NCBI RefSeq assembly: GCF_006345805.1
Contig: NC_043014.1
Coordinates: 43,028,001 to 43,092,000, forward strand
DNA from: Octopus sinensis
Taxonomy: Eukaryota
Length of the DNA: 64,000 nucleotides
Direction of reading: 5' to 3'
The position numbers and the translations under genes were made by a program. Position 1 is the stretch's first letter. Each line of letters starts with the position of its first letter. Below are positions 1 to 14,077 of this stretch, piece after piece. A model generated the notes under the pieces. That model did not search any database and had not been told where the DNA came from. It saw only the letters and a program-made list of their open reading frames with translations.

Positions 1-254
1 TAACTCTCTGTTATTACACCTAGCCATTTCTGGCATCCTACATACTGTTGTGCCTAGTTTCTATTGAAATGAATCCCTATAGCCTACTTATACATACATA
101 TATATATGTGAAAACATGTTTGGCCAGGGAGAAATAGCACCTTGCTTGGAAACAGATGAGGGTTAGTGACAGGAAGGACATCCAGTCAGAGAAAATCTGA
201 CCCACCAATGAATTCTGTTTGACCCTTGCAAGCAAGGGAAACTGAACATTGAAC

Positions 255-690
255 ATAGAAAACGATGACGGCAAGGATGATTGTGGTGGTGGTGATGATG
301 ATGGTAATGATGATGATGATGATGACGACGACGACAATGACCATGACAATGATGATGAAGATGACGACGACAACGGCAACAATGATGATGACAATGACAA
401 TGATGATGGTGATGATGATGATGATTTTGATGATGATGATGGTGGTGATGATGAAAATTATGATGATGGTGATGATGATGATGATGATGATGATGATGAC
501 GACGACAATGACAATGATGATGATGATGGTGACGATGATGGTGGTAGTGATGATGATGATGTTGATAACAATGATAGTGATAATAACAATGATGATGATG
601 ACGACAACAACGATGATGACGATGACGGTGATGATGATGATGATGGTGATGATGATGAAGATGGTAGTGATGATGACGATGATTCATATT
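255..690. repeat. (GAT)n-rich trinucleotide tract
   Basis: Direct reading. Confidence 0.95.
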
Positions 691-1227
691 GAAGATTAGT
701 TAATGAAATAATTAATTACCAATGTCGGGCTGTTGTATAGGGCTTCTCAGATATTTTCGCTTGCTTTGTCTCCTGGCTGCTTTTTTTAAAAATCAGATTT
801 ATCTCTGTTCTTCGTTTTGATCAGTTTTATGAATGCTTACGCTTCTACTTCGAATGAAACAGACCGACAAAGAGAAAATAGATTCAAAATACTAAAACCC
901 CCTCAAAGTCAGCTCTGCCTTTTTGTCATTTTTTGGCAGGGGATCGATAAAGTAAAAGTGTCGGTCGGTCAAGTGGCAGAATTAATGGTGTCCCCCTTGT
1001 AATTGCTGGCTTTGTGTCTGAATTAGAAACAATTAATCATAGTTCAAATATCAATGATAATGAAAGTAGCGTATAACGATGTTATTTCATTTATTTACGG
1101 ACTAATTAACGAACAGATATCAGAACCAAATATCATCATCATTGTCATCATTGTCATCATCGCTGCCGCTGTCACTGTCATCAGCTTACCCCTCCTCCTC
1201 CTCTTCTTCCTCCTAATACTCCTCTTC

Positions 1228-1259
<32 letters not shown>

Positions 1260-1294
1260 CATCACCATCATCATCACCATCATCATCATCATCG

Positions 1295-1327
<33 letters not shown>

Positions 1328-1334
1328 CCACCAC

Positions 1335-1366
<32 letters not shown>

Positions 1367-1956
1367 CCATCATCATCATCGTTTTAATGTCCATTCTTCC
1401 ACGCACGCATGCTTTAGACAGAATTTAGGGGGGGGCAGATTTCCTACGGCTTGATGCTCTCCCTGATGCTAAACCTTATGTGTTTCAAAGCAAGGTGCTA
1501 TTCCTCCATGGCCAAACATCATCATCTTCATCATCATCATCATCTTCATCATCATCATTATCATCATCATCATCATCATCACCATCATTATTAGCAGTAA
1601 CACAGCGATTAACAATTATGCTATACAGAATACTAAACCAATGTCAGAAAAAGTCAAGAAAATTGTTACTGTTTCTCCTTAAACTATGTCCCTTGTAATA
1701 AGTGGTGAAGAAGATGAGATGAGATGACACCCTGGAATGGTTATAATGTAGTTCATAGTATCTGTGGGGATTAGGATAGATTATTTTCATGGATTCATTT
1801 CTCCCGGCAATATAAAATTAATGGATGTTTAACTGAAGGTTGTTTGTCCATTTTGACCAGTAAGAAGGTTGATTGAGTTATGTGGAGTTTTCTGCGTGTA
1901 TTTGGGGAAAGAACTAAGCATAGTATAATATTCTTTTCTACTCTAGGCACAAGGCC

Positions 1957-2530
1957 AGAAATTTTTGGGGAGGTGGGGTGGGGGGGCAGTCGATTAGATC
2001 AACCACAGTATGCAACTGGTACTTATTTTATCAACCCCAAAAGGATGAAAGGCAAAGTCAACCTTGATGGAATTTGAATTCAGAACATAAAGACAGACGA
2101 AATACCTATTTCTTTTACTACCCACAAGGGGCTAAACACAGAGGTGACAAACAAGGACAAACAAACGGATTAAGTTGATCACATCGACCCCAGTGTGTAA
2201 CTGGTACTTAACTTATCAACCCCAAAAGGATAAAAGGCAAAGTCAACCTTGATGGAATTTGAATTCAGAACATAAAGACAGACGAAATACCTATTTCTTT
2301 TACTACCCACAAGGGGCTAACTACAGAGGGGACAAACAAGGACAGACAAACAGATTAAGTTGATTACATCGACCCCAGTGTGTAACTGGTACTTAATTTA
2401 TCAACCCCAAAAGGATAAAAGGCAAAGTCGACCTCGGCAGAATTTGAACTCAGAATGCAGCGGCAGACGAAATACCACAAAGTATTTTGCCCGGCGTGCT
2501 AACATTTCTGCCAGTTTGCCACCTTCAATG
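1957..2530 (-). mobile_element. tRNA-derived SINE family B, multimeric (185-bp core repeated)
   Basis: Head GGCGAGCTGGCAGAA..GTTAGCACGCCGGG plus repeated GAGGTCGACTTTGCCTTT.ATCCTTT.GGGG..GATAAATTAAGTACCAG core units. Confidence 0.8.
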
Positions 2531-2904
2531 GTATTTTGACAGACGAAATATCATTAAGTATTTTGCCTGGCATGCCAACATTTCTACCAGCTTGCCATCT
2601 TGCACAATATAATATTATAAGGGAAAAATTTTATCATCACTAGATGTAACTGAGGGTGTCGAAGCACCTATATTGCCAGAAATAAGAGTTAAAGGCTCTT
2701 AATGCTGTTAGAAGAGCACAACATATATACACTGACAGGGGAGATAACTGCCGATGACCATCTCTAGACTCACTAGGCTAGACTAGTTTTGCCTAGTTTG
2801 TAGGCATCCTCAGTAGCGACTACTCAAATGGTCATTGGTTTGGCTAATAACAGTGTTCCACAGTTTCTGTCTGCCAGATTCGCTCACAAAGGTATTGGTC
2901 AGCT

Positions 2905-3216
2905 TTGTTGCTGTTTGTTTGTTCCTTCTCAAGCCATGCCTGGCTCATAAGGGCCGGTTTCCTGGTTTCCTTGGCGTATAGGTTCCCCACCTGGACAGGA
3001 CGCTGGTCTGTCGCAGGTGAGCTGCAAGATGCAAGAGGAAAGAGTGAGAGAAAGTTGTGGCGAAAGAGTCAGCAGAAGTTCGCCATTACCTTCTGCCGGA
3101 GCCGTGAGGAGCTTAGGTATTTCGCTCATAAACACACACATTGCCGGGTCTGAGATTCGAACCTGTGATCCCTTGACTGCAAGTCTGCTGCTCTAACCAG
3201 TAGGCCATGTGCCTCC
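2905..3216 (-). mobile_element. tRNA-derived SINE related to family D
   Basis: GGAGGCACATGGCCTACTGGTTAGAGC...GGTTCGAATCTC, sharing the GAAA.ACCTAA.GCTC..C.CGGCTCCGGCAG core with 44520-44906. Confidence 0.65.
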
Positions 3217-5027
3217 ACAATTGGTCAGCTTTGGGCTATAGATGAAGACAGATGCACAAGGTGCTATGCAGTGGGACTGAACCTGAAACCATGTGGTTTC
3301 CAAAGCGAGCCTCTTAGCCACACAGCCATACCAGCAGCTATATTCATAGTAATCATAATTAATATTTCATGTCGTGGCTGCTAGCTATGAATTAATTTGA
3401 TAAAATACCCAGACAATTAACACCATAATTGCCAGGTTCAGAATTACTTTTGGACCCAGCTGTACTGCTGTGGGGACAGGGTCTCAGAAGTCTAGATCTT
3501 TTTAGCTAATTCCCTTCTTTTTTTTTTACTTAGAGAGTACCCTGTAGATAGTCACAGGTTTCTGCTCTGCTTCTGGGCCTTGGACTGATGCACAGGTTGA
3601 CTGACCCTTACCACATACACCTCTTATAAGTCTTGGCCATCATTTTATCTCAGTAGTATTATAATTAATAAGATAAAACCGAAGTAATGAGGAGGTCAAT
3701 AAATGGCTTCAGCAATGTGAAGCATGGATGTGATTTGTTCTAAGATAATAAGGAAGATAATGGAAACAGTAGCAAACTGTGGACAATTCACATAATAACA
3801 CAGTTTGTAGATGTAGGAAGTTTATATAATTAGATCATCGGTGCCAAGCGATCTGAAGACAGAACTGATATCCAAATGGGGAACATTTAGGAGTTTTAAA
3901 GAAGTGGTGTAAGAGAATATACAAGGATGACTATAATGATATCAACAATAATAATCATAATAATTTTTTCTAATTTTAAGGCAGTAAGCTGGCAGAATTG
4001 TTTAGCATGCCAGGCAAAATGTTTTGCAGCATTTTGGCCATCTTTATGTTCTGAGCTCAAATTCCAGTGAGGTCGACTTTGCTTTTCATCTTTTCCTGCC
4101 CCCCCCCGCTGGAAATGCTGGCTTTGTGCCAAAATTTTATGCCAATAATTCTTTCTAATTTTGGTACGAGACCAGCAATTTTTAGGGAGGGATTAAGTCA
4201 TTTACATCAACCCCAGTGTTCAGCTTGTATCTATTTTAAGGATCTTGAAATGATAAAAGGCAAAGTCAACTTCAGTGAAATTTGAACTCAGGACACAATG
4301 AGTTAGAAGAAATATCACAAAGCATTTTGTCTGAGGCTCTTACTTTTCTGCCAGCTTGCCATTTTAACACTAACAATAATGATGATGATAAATTATGACG
4401 TTGACTAGTCACCATAATAATCCTTTCTACTATAGGCACAAGGCCTGAAATTTTGTTGGGAAGTGGGGGGGGGGCAGTCAATTAGACCAACTGGTACTTA
4501 ATTTATATGTAGCACCAGAACAGGTGCTTTTGCATGTGACACCATCACAGGTGCTTCTTATGTGAGGCTGATACAAGTGCTTTTTACATGGCACCAACAT
4601 GATATAAAAATGGGTAGAAGGTGTCACATGTAAAAGCACCCGATACACTCAGTAAAGTGGTTGGCATTAGGAAGGGCATCCAGCCATACAAACGATGTCA
4701 CAACAGACAATTGGAGTCTGGGCAGCTCTCTGGTTGGTCAGCTCTGGTCAATCTGTCAAACTATGGAAAAGGGTGTTAAATGACTGTGAAGATGATTTTA
4801 CATTGGAAAACCTTCATAGTGAATTCGTTAGCAATATGTTTTGCAAGTACTTGGTGACCCTGTCAGTGCAGGTATCACTTAAGAGCACCCAGTCCATAAT
4901 GTAAAGTGGTTGGTGTTCAGAAGGGCATCCAGCTGTAACAACCTTGCCAAAACTGACCCTGCCAGTGCTTGTGCCAAGTAAAAAGCACTTCTCACCTCAC
5001 CTGTGCTTATGCCACGAAATCCACTCT

Positions 5028-5480
5028 ACTGAGTGGTTGGTGTTTGGAAGGGCATCCAGCTGTAAAAATCTTGCCAAAACTGACCTCACCTGTGCTTGTA
5101 CCACATAAAAAGCCCTACTTACCTCACCTGTGATTGTACTACGAAAAAGCACGAAATCTATTCTGCTGAGTGGTTGGTGTTACTAAGGGTATCCAGCTGT
5201 AAAAATCTTGCCAAAACTGACCTCACCTGTGCTTGTACCACATAAAAAGCCCCACTTACCTCACCTGTGATTGTACTACGAAAAAGCACGAAATCTATTC
5301 TGCTGAGTGGTTGGTGTTACTAAGGGTATCCAGCTGTAAAAATCTTGCCAAAACTGACCTCACCTGTGCTTGTACCACATAAAAAGCCCCACTTACCTCA
5401 CCTGTGATTGTACTACGAAAAAGCACGAAATCTATTCTGCTGAGTGGTTGGTGTTACTAAGGGTATCCAGCTGTAAAAAT
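5028..5480 (+). repeat. Minisatellite, ~3.3 x 137 bp, built from the RTE 3'UTR core motif
   Basis: TTCTGCTGAG recurs at 5161, 5298 and 5435. The unit contains GTGGTTGGTGTT....AGGGTATCCAGCTGTAAAAA. Confidence 0.9.
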
Positions 5481-6237
5481 CCTGCCAAAACAGTCACAGA
5501 AGTCTGGTGCAGGCTTCGGCCTAGCCAGCTCTTGTAAAACCATCTCACCCATGCTAGAAGGGAAGATGGATGTAAAACGATAATGATGATGATGACGATG
5601 TGTGATTGGTGCTTTACTGTATCAACACCAGATGAATGAAAGGCAAGGTTAACCCCAAAAAGACTGGAACTTAGATGATAAAGGGTCAGAATGAATACTG
5701 TATAGTATTTTTTTTTTTATCTGACCACAACTAATATTTATGTCAATAAGAAGTCACACATTACACACATATCATATTGATAAAAGATTTTGTATGATAT
5801 ATATATTTATATTTATATTAACTGTCAACAATATTCATGTTTAAGAATAATTAATTTGGTACCCCACAAAAGTATAGAATAACCACCCCCACCAGATTAA
5901 TGTAAAACTGTTTTCATTGTAACTAAACATAAAAACAAATATTAACGTATATATACACAAATATAATAAATGCATATACATATATATATATATATTATAT
6001 ATATATATATATAGGTATGTATGTGTATATATATATATACTCCCTTTTTAGTAGAAGAAATAGCTATCTAACTTTGACTGCTATTTCTAAATTCGGTATG
6101 TGGTAAGGCAATTCGTTGCTAAACCCTTTATTGCTTAGTATTACTTAAATTTTCCTCGAATGAGGCTTTTACATGCCGAAGACTACTTGGTGTAATTGAT
6201 AATTATTCCAAATTAATTAATTTCACCCTTCATTATT

Positions 6238-6274
<37 letters not shown>

Positions 6275-6799
6275 TATGTATGTATATGTGTGTGTGTATG
6301 TTTGTATGTATGTGTGTTTGTGTGTATGTATTTTTTTCTCTCTAGTTTCAGCTCAGGGCTGTGGTCATGCTGATGCACTGCCGTTAAATGTATGTATATA
6401 TATGTTATATGCAAGTATATATATATGTGTGTGTATATATGTGTATGTACACACACACACACACACACATGTATATATATACACATATATAAGTAATGAC
6501 CCAGAGACAGGACATGTGTGATGTCTCATATACAAATGACATCATATACGAATTATATTTGTATGAAATATCAAAACGTGAATCATAACTCAGTGATATC
6601 TCTCTAGCCCCAGCAAAACTATTATTATATATAAAATGTGATATCATTAATATATGATATCTGTAGTAGAATGATGGAGTGCTTTTAGATATATACCACA
6701 ATTTGAGATTAAAAAAATATATATGAAAAAAAAACAAACCCATTGCATTTTCCATCTCAATTTGGTATGTATAATATTTGATATCATTTTAATATCATG

Positions 6800-7095
6800 C
6801 TGGTGCCACGTTAAAGGCACCCGTGTCGGCCCCACGTAAGAAGCACCTGTGCTGGAGCCACATACAAAAGCTGCTGTTTGGGGGCCATGTAAAAAGCATC
6901 CATATCAGTGCCACATTTAAAGCACCTGTGCCAGTGTGACGTCGGAGCACCCAGTGCACTCTGTAAAGTGGTTGGCATTAGGAAGGGCATCCAGCTGTAG
7001 AAACCATGCCAAAGCAGAGAGTTGGAACCTAATGCAGCTTTCTGGCTTTGTCAAACCATCCAAACCATGCCACCATGGAAAACGGATGTTAAATA
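6800..7095 (+). mobile_element. RTE 3'UTR fragment whose tail runs into the 7096-7650 (GAT)n tract
   Basis: AGGAAGGGCATCCAGCTGTAGAAACCATGCC...CGGATGTTAAATAATGATGAT. Confidence 0.7.
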
Positions 7096-7504
7096 ATGAT
7101 GATGATGATGATGATGATGATGGAGGATGGTAGCAGTGGTTGTGGTGGTGGTGGTGGTGATGATGATGTTGGTGATGGTGATGATGATGGTGATGATAAT
7201 GAAGATGGTGATGATGATGTTGATGATGATAATGATGGGGGATGGTGGCTGGCGGTGGTGGTGGTGGTGGTGGATGATGATGATGATGGGATGATGATGG
7301 TGATGATGATGATGATGATGATGGGGGATGGTAGCTGTGGTTGTGGTGGTGGTGGTGGTGATAGTGGTGATGATGGTGATGGTGATGATTATGAAGTAGA
7401 AGATGAAGATGATGATGATGAGAATGATGATGATGATTATGATGGTGATGATGATGATGATGAAGATGGTGATGATGATTATGGTGATGATGATGGTGAT
7501 GATG

Positions 7505-7536
<32 letters not shown>

Positions 7537-7590
7537 GCGGTGGTGGTAGTGGTGGTGGTGGTGATGGTGATGATGATGATGATGATGATT

Positions 7591-7624
<34 letters not shown>

Positions 7625-7650
7625 AGAGGATGATGAAGATGATGATGATT
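7096..7650. repeat. (GAT)n/(GGT)n tract
   Basis: Direct reading. Confidence 0.95.
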
Positions 7651-7988
7651 TTACATTGAAGACCTTAGTAAATTAATTCATTCTGCCAAATGATCTTTCC
7701 TTGATTCACAAGTGAAATTGTAATAGCTGGGTGGATAACTAAACTATCAATTAAAAAAGCAAGTGAAACACACTTAATTCTCAACCTGTTTTTTTTTTTT
7801 CTTGCAGAACAGTTAGGATTTGAGAAAATACTGGGTATCACCATATAAGGTGAACACTAGTGTCCTGAGGGTGCTGCTGTCTTCTGTCTCCCAATGCAGG
7901 AGTTAGTGCTTCATCAGGTGGTGAAGCTGCTCCGTAAGTGTCTCAGGTCTTCTGCCACAACATCAGATCTGCCCAAGGCCACCCACCA

Positions 7989-8661
7989 ATGTAGAGGACA
8001 AAATTTCCACACAAATAATATGAGCTTTATTAAATCAAATTTTGTGACTCTGGGCCAAATGTTTCTACCATCCCCATACTCATTCTTGCTAGGCCACTCA
8101 TTGTAGAGGACAAAATTTCCACACAAACAGCATGAGCTTTATTAAATCAAATTTTGTGACTCTGGGCCAAATGTTTCTACCATCCCCATACTCATTCTTG
8201 CTAGGCCACTCATTGTAGAGGACAAAATTTCCACACAAACAGCATGAGCTTTATTAAATCAAATTTTGTGACTCTGGGCCAAATGTTTCTACCATCCCCA
8301 TACTCATTCTTGCTAGGCCACTTATTGTAGAGGACAAAATTTCCACACAAACAACATGAGCTTTATTAAATCAAATTTTGTGACTCTGGGCCAAATGTTT
8401 CTACCATCCCCATACTCATTCTTGCTAGGCCACTCATTGTAGAGGACAAAATTTCCACACAAACAACATGAGCTTTATTAAATCAAATTTTGTGACTCTG
8501 GGCCAAATGTTTCTACCATCCCCATACTCATTCTTGCTAGGCCACTCATTGTAGAGGACAACATTTCCACACAAACAACATGAGCTTTATTAAATCAAAT
8601 TTTGTGATTCTGGGCCAAATGTTTCTACCATACCCATAATCATTCTTGCTGCACCACTCAT
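7989..8661. repeat. Minisatellite, 6 x 112 bp, highly homogeneous
   Basis: GTAGAGGACAA recurs at 7991, 8103, 8215, 8327, 8439 and 8551. Confidence 0.95.
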
Positions 8662-9392
8662 CTTCTTCCTTGAACCAGATGTAATGACTTTCTTTCTTAG
8701 CAGCTTCTGACAAATTTTCTATCCTTTGCAGCAAGTCCAAGACACTTGGGTATTAAATGCAAGATATTTATTGAGTTGTCAGATAAATTTGCTTATTTTT
8801 TTCCCATTTATTTTAATCCTTTTCAGTGCTATTTGAATTAATACAAAAAAATATTTTTATCACCGTATTTTATGTTGTTGTTATTTTTTATGGTTTTTTT
8901 TCTTCCTCTACAATCTTTGTTTATAGTTTTTTTTTTTTTTTAATTTGAATAAATTTTACCTCATTTCAGACATGATAATCGAGTGCCAAAAAGAAGGAGA
9001 AGAAAAAAAAAACTAATGAATTTATCTGACAACCTAATATAACAAATTTGGTAACTTCAGTGTCAAGATTGAGTCCTTTCATACAAGACTATATGACTAA
9101 TATGTCAGCAGTATATGACATCATTGATATATGATATATTTGAAATATGACCATACTGACATTATTTATCTCTGGATGACCATTCACTGATATTTTTTTT
9201 TTTGCTGTTCTTTTCTTTTCATGAAAATTAATATTCCAAGAACGAATATTATCAAATGTTTGGAGTGGTAGAATTGCTGGTAAAGAAAGGAAAAAAATGG
9301 CTTTATGGTATTTTATTAATATACTTTTATGTTATGAGTTTAAATCCCACATGGGTTAACTTTGCTTTTTATTCTTTAGGGGTTGTTATAAT

Positions 9393-9630
9393 ACATACCA
9401 ATTTCTTTACTACCCACAAGGGGCTAAACACAGAGAGGACAAACAAGGACAGACAAATGGATTAAGTCGATTATATCGACCCCAGTGCGTAACTGGTACT
9501 TATTTAATTGATCCCGAAAGGATGAAAGGCAAAGTCGACCTCGGCGGAATTTGAACTCACAACGTAGCGGCAGACGAAATACCGCTAAGCATTTTGCCCT
9601 GCGTGCTAACGTTTCTGCCAGCTCGCAGCC
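9393..9630 (-). mobile_element. SINE family B monomer
   Basis: Reverse complement of the family B head, core and tail. Confidence 0.85.
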
Positions 9631-9719
9631 TTATTGTTAAAATACATACCAGTTATGTACTAGGTTGATGTATTTGATTATCTCTGAGCTCTTAGATGCT
9701 CCAGTGTTATTAGAAACAA

Positions 9720-10000
9720 TGGGCAACAAGCCTTCTTAAAAATCACCAGTTGCTTGCTTTCCCCCTTAACTTCACTCAGGCTGGCTCCCATTACTATCAT
9801 GTTATCCTAGAATGTACTGTATCACATCTTTCTTAGTCTTCCACTCAGTTTTTTTCCTCCTTCCAGTGTCCACTCCATCACTATGCCAGCATGTCTCTCC
9901 TGCAGTAATTGGAACACAGGACCAGTAAACCACGTCCACCACTTAGTCACCATGTCCTGCAAATTTCTTATGCCAGCTCTTCTTATCACCTCTGCACTTC
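9720..10000 (-). mobile_element. Old decayed RTE ORF2 C-terminal fragment
   Basis: RHAGIVMEWTLEGGKKLSGRLRKM*...MGASLSEVKGKASNW*FLRRLVA follows the RTE W.P.G.R.RGRP..TW pattern. Confidence 0.5.
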
Positions 10001-10809
10001 ACACCGTATCCCAGTAAGAAATGCCCAAGATTGAACACAGGCAACATGAATGGAACATGTCCAGCAATTGAGAGATCTTCACTGCTTTCTTTCAAGTTTA
10101 ACAGAAATGGATGGCTATTGATATGTGCCACTGTTAGGCAGAAACATCATGTATACAAGAATTGGCTAAACCATGTGATAGAAAACCGTATAAAAACACA
10201 GACATGGCTGTGTAGCTAAGAATTTCTGTGGACCAGAGCAATGTGATAGGAAGTGCTTTGCTCAAGAACACAATGTATTGTATTGTCTACGAATTGAAAC
10301 CAAGATTTTGCAATTGCACCCTAAGCACTAGGCATTGTACTTTCGTCCTTTTGGGGGATGGGGGTCAATAAAATAAGTGTTAGTTAAGTACTGCAGTCAA
10401 TTGTTTATGAAACTTGATAGCAGACTAAAGGCAGATTCTGCTCTCTCACATATTTATACTCTCCTGAAAGATGATGCAATATATTGTAAGAATTGCACCA
10501 TTACATAGAAATATTGCATCACCCTATAACCTAGCAGATTGAAGGTGATACAATACCACACAAATTTACAGGAATATTTTCATAACTTTTCCAATTTTAT
10601 CTAAAATACAGGAAATAAATTGAATACGATTTTGTCTATTTTATATCTGATAAATAACTAGGAAAATAAAATTTGATACTGCAATAATTCTGTTTAGAAT
10701 GACAAGAATATTGTCTGAATTTAATTCGAGGGTCCAGTGGACCCATATGGTAATTAATGTATAAAGTGAAATGTTCTAGCTTTTATAAACATACAGAAAT
10801 TTTCCCATA

Positions 10810-10978
10810 TAGGCGCAGGAGTGGCTGTGTGGTAAGTAGCTTGCTTATGAACTACATGGTTCCGGGTTCAGTCCCACTGTGTGGCATCTTGGGCAAATGT
10901 CTTCTACTATAGCCTCGGGCCGACCAAAGCCTTGTGAGTGGATTTGGTAGACGGAAACTGAAAGAAGCCTGTCGTATG

Positions 10979-11031
<53 letters not shown>

Positions 11032-11258
11032 GTGTGTGTTTGTGTGTCTGTGTTTGTCCCTCTAGCATTGCTTGACAACCGATGCTGGTGTGTTTACGTC
11101 CCCGTCACTTAGCGGTTCGGCAAAAAGAGACCGATAGAATAAGTACTGGGCTTACAAAGAATAAGTCCCGGGGTCGATTTGCTTGACTAAAGGCAGTGCT
11201 CCAGCATGGCCGCAGTCAAATGACTGAAACAAGTAAAAGTAAAGTAAGTAAGTAAGTA
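10810..11258 (+). mobile_element. tRNA-derived SINE family A, full length
   Basis: GGCTGTGTGGTAAG (A-box-like) and GGTTCAGTCCC (B-box-like) head, internal (TA)n(TG)n, (GTAAA)n-type tail. Many near-identical copies in the window. Confidence 0.85.
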
Positions 11259-12969
11259 TTTGACAAATAAAAGAGAGTCAAGAAAAAATAAGCCATGAGA
11301 AATCAATGGAATCAAAAATATAAATAGCAGAAAAAAGCTATTGAAAAAGCTGAAATGGGTCCATTGAACCCATAGGTAGACTGAAGGTTAACCATCTGCA
11401 AACACATTGCTTAAATAGCCACCAAATACAACAATATAACACAACTGGATATACCAGTTTTATATGATAAACACATTCCTGGAAACTGGTACTTATGCAT
11501 TAATTGCTGGTAAGGACACTGTATTTCTTTATGCAATTGCAATATACAAGCTGGTATATTAAAGGCTTATTAAGTCAATACTGTATCACATTTGTGTAAA
11601 GCAGTGCTATTCTTTCAGGTAAAAAGTATCTAACATCCAGTTTACATTAAAATCTCTTTCCTTTGAGAGTAAGAAATAAGCAAAAACTGTTTTTAGCATC
11701 ATTTTTCTAATGAAAGAAACCTTACTTTGAACATATGGCTTTACTAAAATCATCTCATTTGAAAATAACGCTAACCAAAATAATTGCACCTAGATTACTG
11801 CAATATGAGATCACATGAGTGAAACTGTATTCAAACGAACTCGGTTTCGAGGTAACGAATTAATGAGTAAATACATAAATAAATAAACAACGTGAAATGA
11901 ATAACATAGAAACTATCAATACTGTATAGTTAACATGGATTCAATAATGTTCCAGGAAAGATGACACTTCAATCATTTGCTAACGTAAATCTAGCATGAG
12001 ATCTATAAAAGCTTATTCATTTGGTAATGAGCTTGACAGATGAATGAAGAGATCCAATTATATAAAAATTCTAATTTATCCTTGCGACATTCCTTTAGTC
12101 TTTGATATTAATCCTTTGCAAAAGAAAAAAAAAAAAAGGACGAAAGAAAGAAAAATCATTATTATTATTATTATTATTATTATCATTTATGGGCTTATTA
12201 TTTATTTTTTGTTTTGTTTTGTTTTGCATTCTCTTCATCATTTGTGATTGGTTCAGCCATAAAAGGAAGAAATCTATCAAGGAATGGCCTAATGATTTAT
12301 TGGACGGTCAATCATTTTGATTCAATGGGAATAAAGAACTACACCATGGATGAAAAATCAGACATAATGCAAATTAATTGGACCCTTGTATGTCAGCATC
12401 AGAACATGTGCTGTGTATATATCTATTGTATATTGACATGTGTGTGTGTGTATGTGTGTGAGAGAGAGAGAGAGAGTGTATGTGTCTTTATGAGAGAAGG
12501 AGAAAGAGATAGAGAGATAGATAGAGAGAGAGTAAGCATTATTGGATTGTTGCATGTATGAGTATATATGGCTTGCAAATGAATGTGTGTATGTGTGTGT
12601 GTGTGTGTGTCTGCGTGTGTGTGTGTGTGTGTGTCTGTGTGCGTGTGCATCTTCACAATAAAATGACAAAGAACAATCTCGCAACATCGAATTCTTCAAC
12701 GCAGATGCTCTCAGATGTTGCCACACCACAATGCTCGCCATTCTCTAAGCATCAGACATGATCGGAGAACAAACAGCAGAATGCAGAATGGCACAGTCAC
12801 TACAAGGGATTATTTAAAGAGTCTACCCTGACATCAATCCCATAATTGTCTTGCGGGGTTTCTAATTTTCTAACTCCTGAAAGTTCTTCAGGATTACCCG
12901 TGATAGAATATGAATAAATAAATAAATGAATAAATAAATGGATAAATCATCATCATCATCATCATCACG

Positions 12970-13024
<55 letters not shown>

Positions 13025-13149
13025 GAACCATCATCATCATCATCATCATCATCACCAACATCATCATCATCATCATCATAATCCTCATCATCCTCATCAT
13101 CATCATCATCATCATCATCACCAACGTCATCATCATCATCATCATCATT

Positions 13150-13182
<33 letters not shown>

Positions 13183-13184
13183 TT

Positions 13185-13370
13185 TTAATGTCCGTTTTCT
13201 ACACTTGGCGCAGGTTGGCTGGTTTGACCAGAGCTGGCAAGCAGGAGAGCTGTGCCAGGCTCCAGTCTGATTTGGCCTGATTTCTACGACTGGATGCCCT
13301 TCCTAATGCCAACCCCTTTACAGAGTGTGCTGGGTGATTTTAACATGACATTGGCTCGAGCGCTCTTACA
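13185..13370 (-). mobile_element. RTE 3'UTR end abutting a (CAT)n tract
   Basis: TTTTAATGTCCGTTTTC...CTGGATGCCCTTCCTAATGCCAACC. Confidence 0.65.
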
Positions 13371-13572
13371 TGACACCAGAATGTGTTCTTTGTATGTGTG
13401 GCACCAACAGAGCACTCTTGTAGGTCAATCCTCTTCAACAGGGGATAGGGCCCTAATGCATCTGCAGTGGAGGATGGGTCTCATCGGGTCTCACCATCAT
13501 CATCATCAACCTTTAACGTCTGTTTTCCATGCTGGCAAGAATAAAGAGAATAAAAATATGAATAAAGATATA

Positions 13573-13737
13573 TAGGTCCAGGAGTGGCTGTGTGGTAAGT
13601 AGCTTGCTAACTAACCACATGGTTCCGGGTTTAGTCCCACTGCGTGGCATCTTGGGCAAGTGTCTTCTGCTATAGCCCCGGGCCGACCAAAGCTTTGTGA
13701 GTAGATTTGGTAGACAGAAACTGAAAGAAGCCTGTCG

Positions 13738-13770
<33 letters not shown>

Positions 13771-13965
13771 TTGTGTGTCTGTGTTTGTCCCCCTAGCATT
13801 GCTTTACAACTGATGCTGGTGTGTTTACGTCCCCGTCATTTAGCAGTTCAGCAAAAGAGACCGATACTGGGCTTACAAAGAATAAGTCCTGGGGTCGATT
13901 TGCTTGACTAAAGGCAGTGCTCCAGCATGGCCACAGTCAAATGACTGAAACAAGTAAAAGAGAAA
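13573..13965 (+). mobile_element. SINE family A copy
   Basis: Aligns by eye to 10810-11258. Confidence 0.85.
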
Positions 13966-14042
13966 AAGAGAGAGAAAAAAAGATATACATATACATATAT
14001 ACACATGAATAAATACATATGAAGATATATATATATATTATA

Positions 14043-14077
<35 letters not shown>

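Noticed and set aside
77-1428. Poly-Asp/His/Ser/Met/Ile ORFs over (GAT)n/(CAT)n
   Set aside because: Trinucleotide repeats lack stops in most frames. ORFs are open on both strands and have no domain or splice context.
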